In this document: piece after piece, positions 19,501 to 31,200 of the stretch | Position numbering within the stretch: position 1 is the first letter of the stretch | Layout of the letters: each line of letters starts with the position of its first letter | NCBI GenBank assembly: GCA_965199825.1 | Contig: OZ241329.1 | Coordinates: 192,001-256,000 of the forward strand | Reading direction: 5' to 3' | Origin: Bdellovibrionales bacterium | GTDB lineage: Bacteria > Bdellovibrionota > Bdellovibrionia > Bdellovibrionales > UBA1609 | DNA length: 64,000 nt | The notes under the pieces: generated by a model | Told to the model about the DNA's origin: nothing | The model's input: only the letters and a program-made list of their open reading frames with translations | Database searches by the model: none | Made by a program: the position numbers and the translations under genes

Positions 19501-22500
19501 TAACGGCTGTAGCTGTACCGCCGCTATTGCCGACAAATATTTTTCCATCAGCAAGAGTGCTGGTGAGTTTGTTTGTAAAGCTTGTGTAGTCCGTATTGCT
19601 GAGGAGACCCGCAGTCACCGAGGCTGATGATGCGAGAGGAATATTTAAGGTGTGAGTGCTCGTTGCAGAAACAAAAGCAGGTGCGGTACCGGTCGTGCCC
19701 GTTGCAAAATTTTGTGATGTTGAATTAAGGCCATTTAAGCTCGAGATGCCCGTGCCTGAAGGTGTCGACCAAGTGAGTATACCGCTACCATTTGTTGTCA
19801 AGGTTTGGTTCGCTGTACCATCGTTCGCAGGCAAGGTCCAAACAGTGCTGCCGGCTGCAGCCGCGGGTTGAAATCCTGTGTAGCCGCTTGTTGATCCCGA
19901 CATGCGGATTGCACCTTTAACGTCTAGGGCCGCGCCGGGTGATGTCGTGCCGATGCCGACATTGCCTTGAACTATCAATCCATCAGCTGGAGCAATCGTG
20001 TTATAGCCGTAGCCATTCCCACTGCCGACTGCGGCTCCGCTTGATGTCACCGAAAATCGAGCGGTTCCAGTCCCAGTACCACTTGAACCACTTCCATCTA
20101 CTAATACTCTAAAATTACCTTGATTCAATGCCATGATCGTTGATGGCCCTGTGCCAAGACGGTAAAATCCATCTGCTTTTACATATTCCGCATTAGCTCC
20201 GATGCTCACAGTGGGATCGAATGAATCGCCAGCAAAAAAATTCAGTGAGGAACTGTTGCTTCCGTTATTGAGCGACGCTGTTGGACCGCTGACGTAGAGA
20301 CCGCTGAGGCGTGCACTTCCAGAAACATCGAGACTATAAAGAGGCGTAGTCGTTCCGATTCCAACTTTGCCACTCGCAAGTATCCGCATCGCTTCTACAC
20401 CGTTGGTTGAAAATCCAACCGAATTTGTGATTGGAGAAAACATTCCGGTGTTCGTGTTGCCAACAAAAGCATATCCAGGAGCAGCGGCGGTTCCTGCAGC
20501 AGCAGGGAGGCCACTGACTGAAGCGGTCCAAGCAGGCAGTCCACTCGACACAGACAGCACTTGTCCGTTCGTGCCCGCAGGCAATCGCGAAAGCGCAGTG
20601 GTGGACGAAGCATAAAGCACATCGCCAACAGCATAAGTAGTCTGACCTGTTCCACCATTTGCGGGCGTGACTGATCCGGTGATTTGTGAAGAAGGTAAAC
20701 TGATATTTGTACACGACATCACATCGCCCACAGAATTGTAAGTTAGCGTTTGATTACTCAAACATGAATTTGCAAATTGGTTCGTGCCCGTCACTGTGGA
20801 CCGCAAATCTGTCATTGCGATAAAGCCGGGCGCCCAAGCAGAGCCGCTCCATCTTAAAGCTTGTCCTGCGGTGGTTGGTGCGGTTGCGCTCACAGGTGAT
20901 CCTTGAAGTTTTGCAACTGTGAATGCGCCGGTATCGGCCATTGTGACATCACCAGATGGTGTCACAGCGGTTGCAACGCTTGACCCGTTACCAACAAAAA
21001 TCTTTCCATCAGCAAGTATGCTGGTCAGTTTATTTGTGAAATTTGTGTAATCGGAATTTGAGAGGAGACCTGCAGTCACCGACGTCGTTGAGGCTAAAGG
21101 AATATTTAATGTGTGGGTACTTGTCGCACTGACGAATGCTGGTGCCGTTCCTGTCGTGCCCGTCGCAAAACTTTGTGAAGTTGATGTGAGTCCATTTAAG
21201 GAGGATAAGCCAGTACCTGCTGGTGTGGACCAAGTAAGTATTCCGCTCCCATTAGTTGTCAAAGTTTGGTTTGCTGTACCATCGTTCGCAGGCAAAGTCC
21301 AAACGGTGCCGCCTGCTGCGGCTGCGGGTTGAAAACCCGTGTAGCCGCTTGTCGATCCCGACATGCGGATCGCACCTTTGACGTCGAGAGGGGCGCCTGG
21401 TGTGGTTGTGCCGATGCCGACGTTACCGGCATTGGTCACCGTCATGCTGTATCCGCCACCTGAGCTTGCAGTTTGAAAGGTGTAATAGCTATTGCTAGTT
21501 CCAGAAGTTTCAACAAACAAACCTGTGTTGTAATTGGCACCTTTGCCTGATGAGCCTGCAGCAATGTGCAAACGTGCACCAGGATTAGTTGTTCCGATTC
21601 CTACACTGGCATTTGAACCATTGGTTGAGTTACCCGGCATAAGGATAATATTGCCGCCATTGTTTGATCCTCCAGCGCCTGCATTTTGAGAGTAAAGGTA
21701 AAGATTTCCGCCATCGGTACTTGCTGCTGCGGTTCCGGCGCGAACGTCGAATGCACCCTGCGGAGTTGTAGTTCCAATGCCGAAATTTCCGCCTTTGAAA
21801 AAAGTTGGAGTTCCTTGGCTTGCTGATATTTGAACATTGGTAGTTCCGTTCGCTCCAAGTGAAAATCGTCCCGTTGCACTGCCTTCATCAGTAAGCATTC
21901 CATAATTGGTTGCACCATTTGTAAGTGCAAACCCATCGAAAGCAGCGGATGTATTTAAGGTTAGCTTTGAAGAGGGATTTGTCGTCCCAATCCCAACATT
22001 CCCACCAAAAGCGTTGAGTACTAGAGGTCTGGTAGAAACTAAATATTTATCCGCCTGAATGTAGCCCGCATCAATGCTCATGTCATAACCCATGCGGAGT
22101 CCGTAATTGGCTCCTCCGCCTCCTGGATTACTCACCCGAAAACCACCTAACGAACTTGAATAAGATGCGGTGGAATCTTGAATTTCGGTTTTGGAAATTG
22201 GAGTTGTAGTTCCAATCCCCACATTCCCCGAAGCATCCACCCGCATTCGCTCTACACCACCCGTACTCGCCGCAAGAGTCGAAGCAAGTGGTCGAAACCA
22301 ACCCGTCCCCGCATCTCCCGCAAAAGAATACGTTGGAGCCGCAGCAGTTCCTGCAGCAGAAGTCACGGACGCTCCACCCGTCACAGGTGAAACCATCCCG
22401 GCCGAAGATAAATTAAATATGTTTGTACCACCGGCCGCCACACCGATCACATCATTCGAGCCTGAATCAAAAAATCCAGTATTAGTGTCGCCTGAAAATG

Positions 22501-24676
22501 TGAGCGAAGGTGCGCTTGAAGATCCCATACCTGCGCCAACAGTGCTGTAACTTGTAGCTCCACCGCTCAATGGAATCGGAGTTCTTGCTGTACCAACTGT
22601 TAAATAATAATTTGTACCATCGTACTCAATCGCGCCGTCTTCGGCTGTGGACATTAATGGACCACTAGTTAATTTGAGAGGAGCACTGCTTACGGCTGTT
22701 GTTCCCGCTTTGAGTTGCAAAACTGCAGAAGGTGTTGTTGTACCGATACCCACATTTCCGGTGGGACTTACAATCAGGCGTTCTCCGCCAGTATTATCGT
22801 AAATGTGAAGACCATATTGGTTGTTGTAGAGAGATCTCATCGCTCCAGTATCTCGAGGCATCAACTGTATTTCAGAACTGCCTCCGGATGTTCGAATGGG
22901 CCCGACAACTTCAAGAGGTGCAAGAGGATTGGTCGTCCCAATCCCAACACTTCCTGTAGGAAGCACCGTCATCGCAACATTATTATTTGCCTTTAACGAC
23001 AAAGGAAAATTATCCGCAGTACCGAGAGAAGCTGCAGCACCAAAACTATTTCCACCATTTTTAAAATAAGTGGTGTCATATGCACCAACAGGTAAATCAC
23101 TCGAAGCCAAAGGACGAAATGTAGGCGCACCCGCACCGCCCGAAGAAGGACCAGCAAGCACAGCGTTCTGTGCCTGGCTTCCAAAATTAGACGCTCCAAC
23201 CGAAATTGTGGCGCATGAAAATGTATCGCTCACTGCAGAGTAAGTTAAGGTTTGTGATGACGTGCAATTCGTAGGAAATAATTGAGCACTGCCCGCAAGC
23301 GAAGATCGCAAATCAGCAACGCCTAAAAATGCGGGAGCATATTGAGAAGACCCATTATATCGCAGAACTTGGCCACCCGCGGTTGGCGTTGCCGAAGATA
23401 CAGGCGTCCCCTGCAATCCCGAAACTTTTGGACTGGGATAATTGGCTGACAAATCTCCAGAGGCTGCACCATTGAGACTCAAAACTCCCGAGCTGTAACT
23501 TAAAGGTGCGGTTGCAGAAATCGCTGCTCTCGCATTGGCATCACTATATGGTGTAGTCCACGACAACACGCCCGCCGTTGTCCCCGTCAAAACCTGTCCG
23601 TTTGAAACTGGTGCAGCGGTTGGCCATGTTAAAGTGTACGACGCCGACACTGTCGAAGGCGCTTGAAGAGTGACCGAATTCGATGCGCCGTCGCGAGCAA
23701 CAATCGAACTTGTCGAAACACTGCCTGCCGAAAATCCACCGGAAGAATCTCGACGAACAATCATATTGTTGGTGTTATTTGAAGTTGCCGAATTGGCCAA
23801 CAGCTCAGCCGCATGAACATTCGAAGCCGATGAGCCACCCACCGTTGCAACCGTAGTCGCACTCAAAGTTCCGGTGACATCACCTGAAAGTGCGCCGGTT
23901 GCTGAACTTAAAACTTGAGTGGTTGATCCATTAAAATATTTTACTGTGCCTGAGGTCGAATCAAACCAGACACTTCCGGCAAGGGGGGATGCCGGTGGGG
24001 TGGAAGTTGAAAAACTGGGAAGTGATGCTCCACTTGATGTGGTTGATGAAACATAGTTTCCACCACCCGCGAGCAGTGATGTCAGCTTTGGATAATTGGT
24101 ATTTGAAAATACCGACGACAAACTCGATTGATTAAGCTGTGTTGTCGAATCGGCTTGGAGAATATTTCCGGTAGAGATTCCATTTAAACTTTCGGCCACC
24201 ACTGCCGAAGGCACCGAATTTAATTTCATATCGGGCGCAAGTGTCACTTGCACATTGGTTGAAGACGGAAGAACAACCACACGCAAAAATCTTTGATCTC
24301 CAGCGACAGGCAAATAGCTACAAGCTCCACCACTGGTGACCGAACGACCATTGATGGTGCTCAAGTTTTGAAAAACCCCGGCCATGTAATTGCCAGAGTC
24401 GATGCTTGTACGTTTTGAATCTGTGGTTGCAGAGCCGACCGAGATATTAAAATATCCATTACTGGCACTGGTGCTGACGTTTTGAGTCTCTTCATAAAGT
24501 ATACAATTTTTGTTTGTATCAAGAATCTGAAGACGAAGATTGACCGAGTTGTCTAATAAAGGGTTTGATCCGACCGAAGAATTATACAATCGTCCATCAA
24601 GTGTAAAGCCTTGTGGTCCCTCACTTAAACCAAATGAGTTTATACAATAAAAAACGAAAAGAATAAAACGTGTCAC
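16568..24676 (-). CDS. Fibre 2: MAT-like fibre protein, 2702 aa, YVSW-type C-terminal domain
   Basis: Same N-domain and GNVGIGTT repeats, three copies of the ~320-aa shaft module, ends VDWNNGNAQS...VYVSWIAGFQ. Confidence 0.9.
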   Translation of the reverse strand: MTRFILFVFYCINSFGLSEGPQGFTLDGRLYNSSVGSNPLLDNSVNLRLQILDTNKNCILYEETQNVSTSASNGYFNISVGSATTDSKRTSIDSGNYMAGVFQNLSTINGRSVTSGGACSYLPVAGDQRFLRVVVLPSSTNVQVTLAPDMKLNSVPSAVVAESLNGISTGNILQADSTTQLNQSSLSSVFSNTNYPKLTSLLAGGGNYVSSTTSSGASLPSFSTSTPPASPLAGSVWFDSTSGTVKYFNGSTTQVLSSATGALSGDVTGTLSATTVATVGGSSASNVHAAELLANSATSNNTNNMIVRRDSSGGFSAGSVSTSSIVARDGASNSVTLQAPSTVSASYTLTWPTAAPVSNGQVLTGTTAGVLSWTTPYSDANARAAISATAPLSYSSGVLSLNGAASGDLSANYPSPKVSGLQGTPVSSATPTAGGQVLRYNGSSQYAPAFLGVADLRSSLAGSAQLFPTNCTSSQTLTYSAVSDTFSCATISVGASNFGSQAQNAVLAGPSSGGAGAPTFRPLASSDLPVGAYDTTYFKNGGNSFGAAASLGTADNFPLSLKANNNVAMTVLPTGSVGIGTTNPLAPLEVVGPIRTSGGSSEIQLMPRDTGAMRSLYNNQYGLHIYDNTGGERLIVSPTGNVGIGTTTPSAVLQLKAGTTAVSSAPLKLTSGPLMSTAEDGAIEYDGTNYYLTVGTARTPIPLSGGATSYSTVGAGMGSSSAPSLTFSGDTNTGFFDSGSNDVIGVAAGGTNIFNLSSAGMVSPVTGGASVTSAAGTAAAPTYSFAGDAGTGWFRPLASTLAASTGGVERMRVDASGNVGIGTTTPISKTEIQDSTASYSSSLGGFRVSNPGGGGANYGLRMGYDMSIDAGYIQADKYLVSTRPLVLNAFGGNVGIGTTNPSSKLTLNTSAAFDGFALTNGATNYGMLTDEGSATGRFSLGANGTTNVQISASQGTPTFFKGGNFGIGTTTPQGAFDVRAGTAAASTDGGNLYLYSQNAGAGGSNNGGNIILMPGNSTNGSNASVGIGTTNPGARLHIAAGSSGKGANYNTGLFVETSGTSNSYYTFQTASSGGGYSMTVTNAGNVGIGTTTPGAPLDVKGAIRMSGSTSGYTGFQPAAAAGGTVWTLPANDGTANQTLTTNGSGILTWSTPAGTGLSSLNGLTSTSQSFATGTTGTAPAFVSATSTHTLNIPLASTTSVTAGLLSNSDYTNFTNKLTSILADGKIFVGNGSSVATAVTPSGDVTMADTGAFTVAKLQGSPVSATAPTTAGQALRWSGSAWAPGFIAMTDLRSTVTGTNQFANSCLSNQTLTYNSVGDVMSCTNISLPSSQITGSVTPANGGTGQTTYAVGDVLYASSTTALSRLPAGTNGQVLSVSSGLPAWTASVSGLPAAAGTAAAPGYAFVGNTNTGMFSPITNSVGFSTNGVEAMRILASGKVGIGTTTPLYSLDVSGSARLSGLYVSGPTASLNNGSNSSSLNFFAGDSFDPTVSIGANAEYVKADGFYRLGTGPSTIMALNQGNFRVLVDGSGSSGTGTGTARFSVTSSGAAVGSGNGYGYNTIAPADGLIVQGNVGIGTTSPGAALDVKGAIRMSGSTSGYTGFQPAAAAGSTVWTLPANDGTANQTLTTNGSGILTWSTPSGTGISSLNGLNSTSQNFATGTTGTAPAFVSATSTHTLNIPLASSASVTAGLLSNTDYTSFTNKLTSTLADGKIFVGNSGGTATAVTPSGDVTMADTGALTVAKMQGSAVSATAPTTAGQALRWSGSSWSPGFIAMTDLRSTVTGTNQFANSCLSNQTLTYNSVGDVMACTNISLPSSQLTGSITPANGGTGQTIYAVGDVLYASSTTALSRLPAGTNGQVLTVASGLPSWASSGGGLPASAGTAAAPGYAFSGNTNTGMFSPATNTIGLSTNGAEVVRVTASGQVGIGTTAPAQALDIVGNARVSGSVIIPTGGTFSTLYGNGDTMLQSSILNYATSLNIYPSGTANYSSIALFNNSGGGTNQAQIIETTNGLQVGTYNSLPLTLQTNNTARMTVDASGNVGIGTTSPGARLQVGTQGVVISSDPSLSASNLGAVSFESGNQILSFGLGTGSTNYAQWIQSHNAYGSSFPLVLNAAGGNVGIGTATPGAALDVNGAIRMSGSTSGYTGFQPAAVAGSTIWTLPANDGSANQVLTTNGSGVLAWSTPAGTGISSLNGLTTTSQTFATGTTGTAPSFTSATSTHTLNIPLASTALVTAGLLSNSDYTTFTNKLTSTLADGKIFVGNSGGTAAAVTPSGDATMTDAGAFTVGKLQGTTVSATAPTTAGQALRWSGSAWAPGFIAMTDLRSKVTGTNQFASSCLNNQTLTYNSVGDVMSCANISLPTSQITGSVATANGGTGQSNYAVGDLLYASSTSALSRLPAGANGQVLTLASGIPSWSAASGGGGLPAAPGTAAAPGYAFLGNTNTGMFGADTNTIGLATNGAEAMRILPSGSVGIGTTAPLGGLHVVGPGGATAIIQSSTAATDLKIGGQTDQTAVVEVYRTTNTLANNPSDYERLTFGFNQYSGVGSDAFIGTEKNGSGSSRALMFLMSGSELMRLHTNGNVGIGTTNPQAALEVRGQTRSTGSGGATKINSSSSVDWNNGNAQSMSVACTNTTFANMLDGGTYILAVTETTATQCVFAQSGLTFLYSPANGSRSAGQQTVYSFQRIGTTVYVSWIAGFQ

Positions 24677-24683
24677 GTCTAAC

Positions 24684-24710
24684 TTATCGACAATTTTTTG
24701 GTATTATTAA
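24684..24710 (-). promoter_or_regulatory. Sigma28/FliA-like promoter of fibre 2
   Basis: TTAA-N15-GTCGATAA. GTCGATA ends 8 nt before the GTG at 24676. Confidence 0.7.
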
Positions 24711-24779
24711 GCAGTTCAGTTCGAACTCATAAAAACACGTCCAAAGGTCTTGATACGACAAGACGATGGTCAAGCCCAT

Positions 24780-24984
24780 TTATTTTGAACGAAACGAAGC
24801 CATGACCATGTCATAACAACTTGCGGGCGAAAACGTATTCACAATTAAAGTTGAACCCATATTATTTTGAATTTTATATTCAACAGTATTTCCGTTTTGT
24901 GTCGAAATTGATGTAAATGGTCCACTTGGCGTCGCGTGTTGAAATGCGTTGATGTAAAAAAAGATCATCGCTTTGTTTTCATTC
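24780..24984 (-). pseudogene. 3' fragment of a second copy of the 234-aa partner gene
   Basis: Translates to MIFFYINAFQHATPSGPF...NTFSPASCYDMVMASFRSK, matching the C-terminus of 32891..33595. The 5' part and signal peptide are missing. Confidence 0.85.
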
Positions 24985-25029
24985 TCAACCAGTCATGAAG
25001 CAAACGAAATGTCATTCGCCGCATTAAAA

Positions 25030-25210
25030 TAACCGTTGCTGCACTTGTACAAAGGTTTTGAGTCTCATATTCGATAAAAAAATTTTTGTCTGTATCAAAA
25101 ATCTGTAAACGCAGATTAACAGGATTATCTAGTAATGGGTTTGGCCCTGAAGAGGAGATGTTAAAGCATTCATCAAATATAATTTTTTGCAGCACATCAA
25201 ATAAACACAA
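25030..25210 (-). pseudogene. Degenerate 5' remnant of a sixth fibre gene
   Basis: SSSGPNPLLDNPVNLRLQIFDTDKNFFIEYETQNLCTSA resembles the intact SSSGSNPLLDNSVNLRLQVLDPNKSCILYEETQNINTSS. Similarity stops abruptly. Confidence 0.85.
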
Positions 25211-25269
25211 ATAGTTTATAAGCAGTAATGTTAGGGCAATTAAGACACCATCAATTAACCCTAGAGAAA

Positions 25270-28200
25270 TTAATTGCAGAATGGGGCGTTCGAATCTTTA
25301 GCGCAAAGATAAGCTTTTAGCTTTTCATTTTCAGCTTTCAGCGCCGCGATCTCACGCTCTTCACTTTTAAACTTCGCATAGAGCTCTTTAACAGCGTTAA
25401 CAATAGTCCAAATAATAGAATCATTCGTAAGATGCAAAAAGCCTTTATCGTCAGTACTCACCGCTTCGGGAATTACCTTAAGTGCATCTTGGGCTTTTAC
25501 TCCAACAAATTCTTTATCAGATGGAAGCTGCAAAGGATTATTATTTTTGTATTTAAAATAAATTGTGTTTAATCCATTGAGAGCATCAAGCCCTCGAGTG
25601 AATGGAGCACGAATCTCTTTTAGACGCTCGTCAGATGCAATTGTCCATGTGCTGGTGCCAGGTTTTGCTGCTGAGTCGGTACCAAGCTGAAGTAAGTATG
25701 TTGGATTTGTTGTACCAATCCCAACTTTTCCAGAACCGCTTGGTTTTATGATAATGTTTTGACTAGTAGAATTGTTAAAACCCGAAGTGATGAATAAATC
25801 TTGGCCTGTAGGAGACGTGATAGACTGATGTAGAATATTGCTATCATATCCCATTGCTATGTTACCGTTGAAATCTATATTGCCATACTCGTCGAGACGA
25901 AAGTAATTTCCATTTGAGGCTTCAACTTTAAATCCCGGAACTCCACTGTTGTAGGGGTAAACAACATGAAGCTTAGCACTCGGCGCACTTGTACCAATGC
26001 CAACGTTGCCAGTTGTTGCGTCGATTCGCATCTTCTCGATGCCAGCCTGTTGAAATAGCAATGGAACATTCAAAGTGTATGTATTTATAAAAGTGTTTGG
26101 AGAGGTGGTAGAGCCTTGAGAACCAACTCGTAAGGTTGCTCCATAAGAAGAAAATGATGTTTGTGCACTTCCCGCGGTATTTAAATTTTCAATCGTTTCT
26201 TGAATAACACTTCCGCTATTTCCAGAGACGTGGAACAAGCTGTTCGGCGCCGTTGTTCCAATCCCAACATTACCGCCCGAAGAATTGATCGCAAGTGGCG
26301 CAGGGCCCACCGCCCCATAGAATGCCCTGATCTCACCGTATCCTGAATTCGAGTTCGTACCATGTGCAAACATCGCAATATTAGCGTTGCCACCGCCAGT
26401 AACTCCTGACCCGTCCGCCGATGTTGCGATAATCCCATTGGCGTTATCCGCGACGATATTGCCGTTGACCTCTAGTGAATTGAGCGGATTTGTTGTGCCG
26501 ATACCAACGTTGCCTGCGTCGGTAATACGCAAGCGCTCGTTATTGCCACCGCCGACGTTAAAAGCGAGATCACTCACAGCACCGCTAGGATTAAGCAAAA
26601 TGTTGCGAATCGTGGCCGTCGCACCATAAGTGTTGGCAGTTGAAAAAATAAGATCGGCTTCGTTGCCGGCTGCCTGTGTTGCCGAGTTGACCAAAGCTAG
26701 AGCATTTGTGGCGCCTCCGGAATTCGATTTGCCAAATGAAACAAGTGGAGAATACGCAGGTAGCGAAGTCGAACTTGATCCGACTTGGAAAGCAAATGAC
26801 GGTGATGTTGTCCCGATGCCGACGGCGCCATTCGCTAGAACTCGCATCGCCTCAACTCCATTCGTTGATAAACCAACTTGATTTGTAGCGGGTGAAAAGA
26901 TACCTGTATTTGTATTACCTGAAAATGCATATCCCGGAGCTGCAGCGGATCCTGCCGAAGCAGGTAAGCCTCCACTCGCCGATGCCCACGAAGGCATTCC
27001 ACTTGAAACCGTTAAGACTTGTCCGTTCGTGCCCGCAGGAAGTCGTGAAAGCGCAGTCGTCGATGAAGCATAAAGCACATCCCCAACTGCGTAGCTAGTT
27101 TGCCCTGTTCCACCATTCGTAGGCGTCACACTGCCGGTGATTTGTGAGGATGGTAAACTAATATTTGTGCACGACATGACGTCGCCCACAGAATTGTAGG
27201 TCAAAGTTTGATTGCTCAAACATGAATTTGCGAATTGATTTGTGCCGGTCACCGTTGAACGAAGATCAGTGATTGCAATAAAATTCGGCGTCCATGCAGA
27301 GCCACTCCATCTGAGTGCTTGCCCCGCAGTTGTAGGTGATGTCGCACTCACAGGCGATCCTTGAAGTTTTGCAACCGTAAATGCACCGCTGTCACTTATT
27401 GTTGCATCGCCTGAAGGTGTGACTGCTGTTGCTGCTCCGCCGCTGTTGCCGACAAAGATTTTTCCATCAGCAAGAGCGCTGGTGAGTTTATTTGTGAATG
27501 TTGTGTAATCGGTATTACTGAGGAGACCCGCAGTCACCGAGGTTGCTGAAGCTAACGGAATATTTAATGTGTGAATACTTATTCCACTCACGAAAGCGGG
27601 AGCTGTTCCTGTTGTGCCCGTTGCAAAACTTTGTGATGTCGCAGTTAACCCATTTAAGCTTGTTATTCCAGTTCCTGCAGGAGTTGACCATGCGAGTATT
27701 CCACTACCGTTTGTAGTAAGAACTTGGTTTGCGCTACCATCGTTCACAGGTAAAGTCCAAACTGTGCTACCCGCAGCAGCTGCGGGTTGAAATCCTGTGT
27801 AGCCGCTGGTTGATCCCGACATGCGGATCGCACCTTTGACGTCAAGAAGAGCTCCGGGATTTGTTGTTCCGATACCAACTTTCCCGCTAACACTTGGCTT
27901 TAAAATAATATTGTAACCTGTAACAGTGTTTCCAAGTCCAGAGGTGATATATGTGTTTCCTGCGGAGGTAAACGCAGCGCTGTTTACATTACTGTCATAA
28001 GGAGCCAAGGTAAGATTAGATCCTGCTCCGCCATTAACAAAAAGTTGACCAGCGCTATCGACATAAAGATTCGATGTGCCATCACTAGCTTGCCATTCCT
28101 GAAGATTCCCAGTTTGGCTTGCGGCTCCTTGTATCACCAAGCCCTTATTAGCGACCGCACCGGTATTAAGAAAAAGCTGAGCTGTGATGTCCGTCGTTAC

Positions 28201-31200
28201 GTGAGTATTGATTTCAAGCTTTGATACGGGCGCAGTCGTTCCTATCCCAACATTTCCATTTGCAAGAACTCGCATCGCCTCAACACCATTTGTTGATAAA
28301 CCAATTTGATTTGTAGAGGGCGAAAACATTCCAGTATTTAAATTGCCTACAAAAGCGTAACCAGGAGTAGCCGCAGTACCCGCAACTGCAGGCAGTGCGC
28401 TTGCTGAAGGACCCCAACTTGGAAGTCCACTTGCAACTGTCAGTACTTGGCCATTTACTCCTGCAGGCAAACGTGAAAGTGCGGTTGTTGATGAAGCATA
28501 GAGCACATCACCAACGGCATAGGTCGACTGACCTGTTCCACCATTTGCAGGCGTCACACTGCCAGTGATTTGTGAGGATGGAAGACTGATGTTCGTACAC
28601 GACATCACATCGCCTACCGAATTGTAAGTGAGAGTTTGATTACTCAAACATGAATTTGCAAATTGATTAGTGCCTGTGACCGTTGATCGCAGATCTGTCA
28701 TCGCGATAAAACCTGGAGACCAATTTGATCCGCTCCATCTTAAAGCTTGTCCTGCAGTTGCTGGTGCTGTTGCACTTACAGGTGATCCCTGAAGCTTAGT
28801 CACCGTAATTGCACCTGTGTCATTCATTGTTGCATCACCAGAAGGTGTGACTGCTGTTGCAACGCTTGACCCGTTACCAACAAAAATCTTTCCGTCAGCC
28901 AGTGTGCTGGTCAGTTTATTTGTGAAGTTTGTGTAATCCGAATTGCTAAGGAGACCTGCAGTCACTGACGCAGACGAAGCCATTGGAATATTTAAGGTGT
29001 GAGTACTCGTCCCACTAACGAATGCTGGTGCCGTTCCTGTCGTGCCCGTCGCAAATGTTTGTGAAGTTGATGTGAGGCCATTCAAGGAGGATAAGCCAGT
29101 ACCTGCTGGTGTGGACCAAGTAAGTATTCCGCTCCCATTAGTTGTCAAAGTTTGGTTTGCTGTACCATCGTTCGCAGGCAAAGTCCAAATGGTGCTGCCT
29201 GCTGCGGCTGCGGGTTGAAATCCTGTATAGCCGCTTGTTGAACCCGACATGCGGATCGCACCTTTAACGTCGAGCAGTGCACCTGGGGTGGTTGTGCCGA
29301 TGCCGACATTGCCATTTTTCAAAACTGTAAATGCCGTCGAAGGGGAGGTAAACCCGTTACCGACTCTAAAGATTGGATCCGTTGCCACCCAGGAGCTCGA
29401 ATTCTCTCCGCCAGTGGCATTGTAAGAACCAACGACGGTTTCGTAAGCAGAGATCGCCTTAACATTCGAGCCGAATGCATTTGTGGTGTTGCCAATCGAC
29501 AAAGCGTTGTAACCGATAGCAACTGCGGACTGCGAAGTTGAAGTCGCTCCTTGACCGATCGCGACTGAATAATTATTGGCAGCTACGGCACTCGGACCTA
29601 AAGCAATTGCGGCTGCGCCCGATGCCTGGGCGTTGACTGACTGGATCGAGCCGGAGTTCAGAACAACGAAATTAGAAGCGTTACCCGAATTGATATCAAA
29701 CGCCGCCACCTGTGCATTGGCGGTATTGTGCGAAGTAGCCGTTGTGCCAAAAGCTCCGCGAGTCAAACCGGTGAAAGTTGTTCCCGTTAAACCTGTATAG
29801 GTGATGGCTTCACGTTCCAGCCAAAGTGTTCCAGATGGTGGATATCCCGACGTTGAGACAACGGACAATGTCGTTGCTGAGTTATCGATCGTTGCGTACT
29901 GATTAGTTGATAAGGTTGTCGGCGTATTGAAACGGCCCGTCCCTGCAACTTCTAAACGCTGTAATGGATTGGTCGTTCCGATACCAACGTTGCCGCCAGG
30001 AGCAATTCGCATATACTCAGAGGTTAAATTAGCGTTCACTGAAGGTGCAGCCGCAAATGCCAAAAAGTTATAGTTGTCACTTAAGGTCGTGCCAAGAGCA
30101 TCGTTTTGCTGAATCTTAAATGTGGCTGATCCAACTGTATTATTTCGAAAATAAAATCCGTTCGATCCTCGAACATCAAGAGTTCCAGCTGGGGCTGTCG
30201 TTCCAATTCCAACATTGCCAGAAGCATCAACACGAATGCGCTCCACACCGCCCGTACTCGCCGCAAGCGTCGAAGCCAAAGGCCGAAACCAACCTGTACC
30301 AGTATCTCCCGCAAAAGAATAAGTTGGAGCTGCAGCAGTTCCTGCAGCTGAAGTCATATTCGCGCCGCCGGTTGTGGGTGAAACAATACCGCTCGAAGAT
30401 AAATTAAATATGTTTGTACCACCGGCTGCCACACCGATCGCATCATTTGAGCCTGAATTAAAAAATCCAGTATTGGTATCACCAGAAAACGTAAGCGAAG
30501 GTGCACTCGAGGATCCTGCACCAGCACCGACCGTGCTATAACTTGTTGCTCCACCACTCAAAGGAATCGGAGTTCGTGTTGCGCCAACTGTGAGGAAGTA
30601 ATTTGTTCCATCGTACTCAATTGCGCCGTCTTCGGCTGATGTCATCAGTGGGCCAGAGGTGAGTTTTAATGGAGCCGTTCCTGCTGTTGTACTGCCTGCT
30701 TTAATTTGCAAAGCTGCGCTAGGTGAATTCAAACCGACGCCTACATTTCCTTTAACGTAGAGATCTCCCGTACTTCCAAGCCCCATCAAAAAGGTGCCAC
30801 CATTATAAAAACGATAACCCGATAAAACGTGATCGTTTCCAAAATAAAAATTTCCACCATTAGTATTTATAAAAGTGTCGTTACCATTACTTGCAAACTC
30901 GGTCCCTGTTACGCCTGCACTCTGCAAAAGAATTTGTGATCCGCTGCTAGGAGCAGCGTTTGTGTTATTAACGAGTAATGCAATTGGCGACGTGCTTGCG
31001 CCGTTGACGTCAATTTCGAGTGAAGCTTGCGGCGCCGTTGTGCCAATCCCAACATTGCCCGAAGGCAACACAGTCATCGCAACATTATTATTTGCCTTTA
31101 ACAACAACGGAAAATTATCCGCAGTACCGAGGGAAGCTGCAGCACCGAAACTATTTCCACCATTTTTAAAATAAGTAGAATCAAAAACACCTGCTGGTAA

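Larger units (their letters stand above)
24677..24984. repeat. Diverged direct-repeat copy of 32788..33095 (partner-gene 3' end plus fibre promoter)
   Basis: Shared stretches such as gcagttcagttcgaactc, acacgtccaaaggtcttgatacgacaagacgatggtcaagcc and tttattttgaacgaaacgaagccatgaccatgtcataacaacttgcgggcgaaaacgtatt. Confidence 0.92.
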
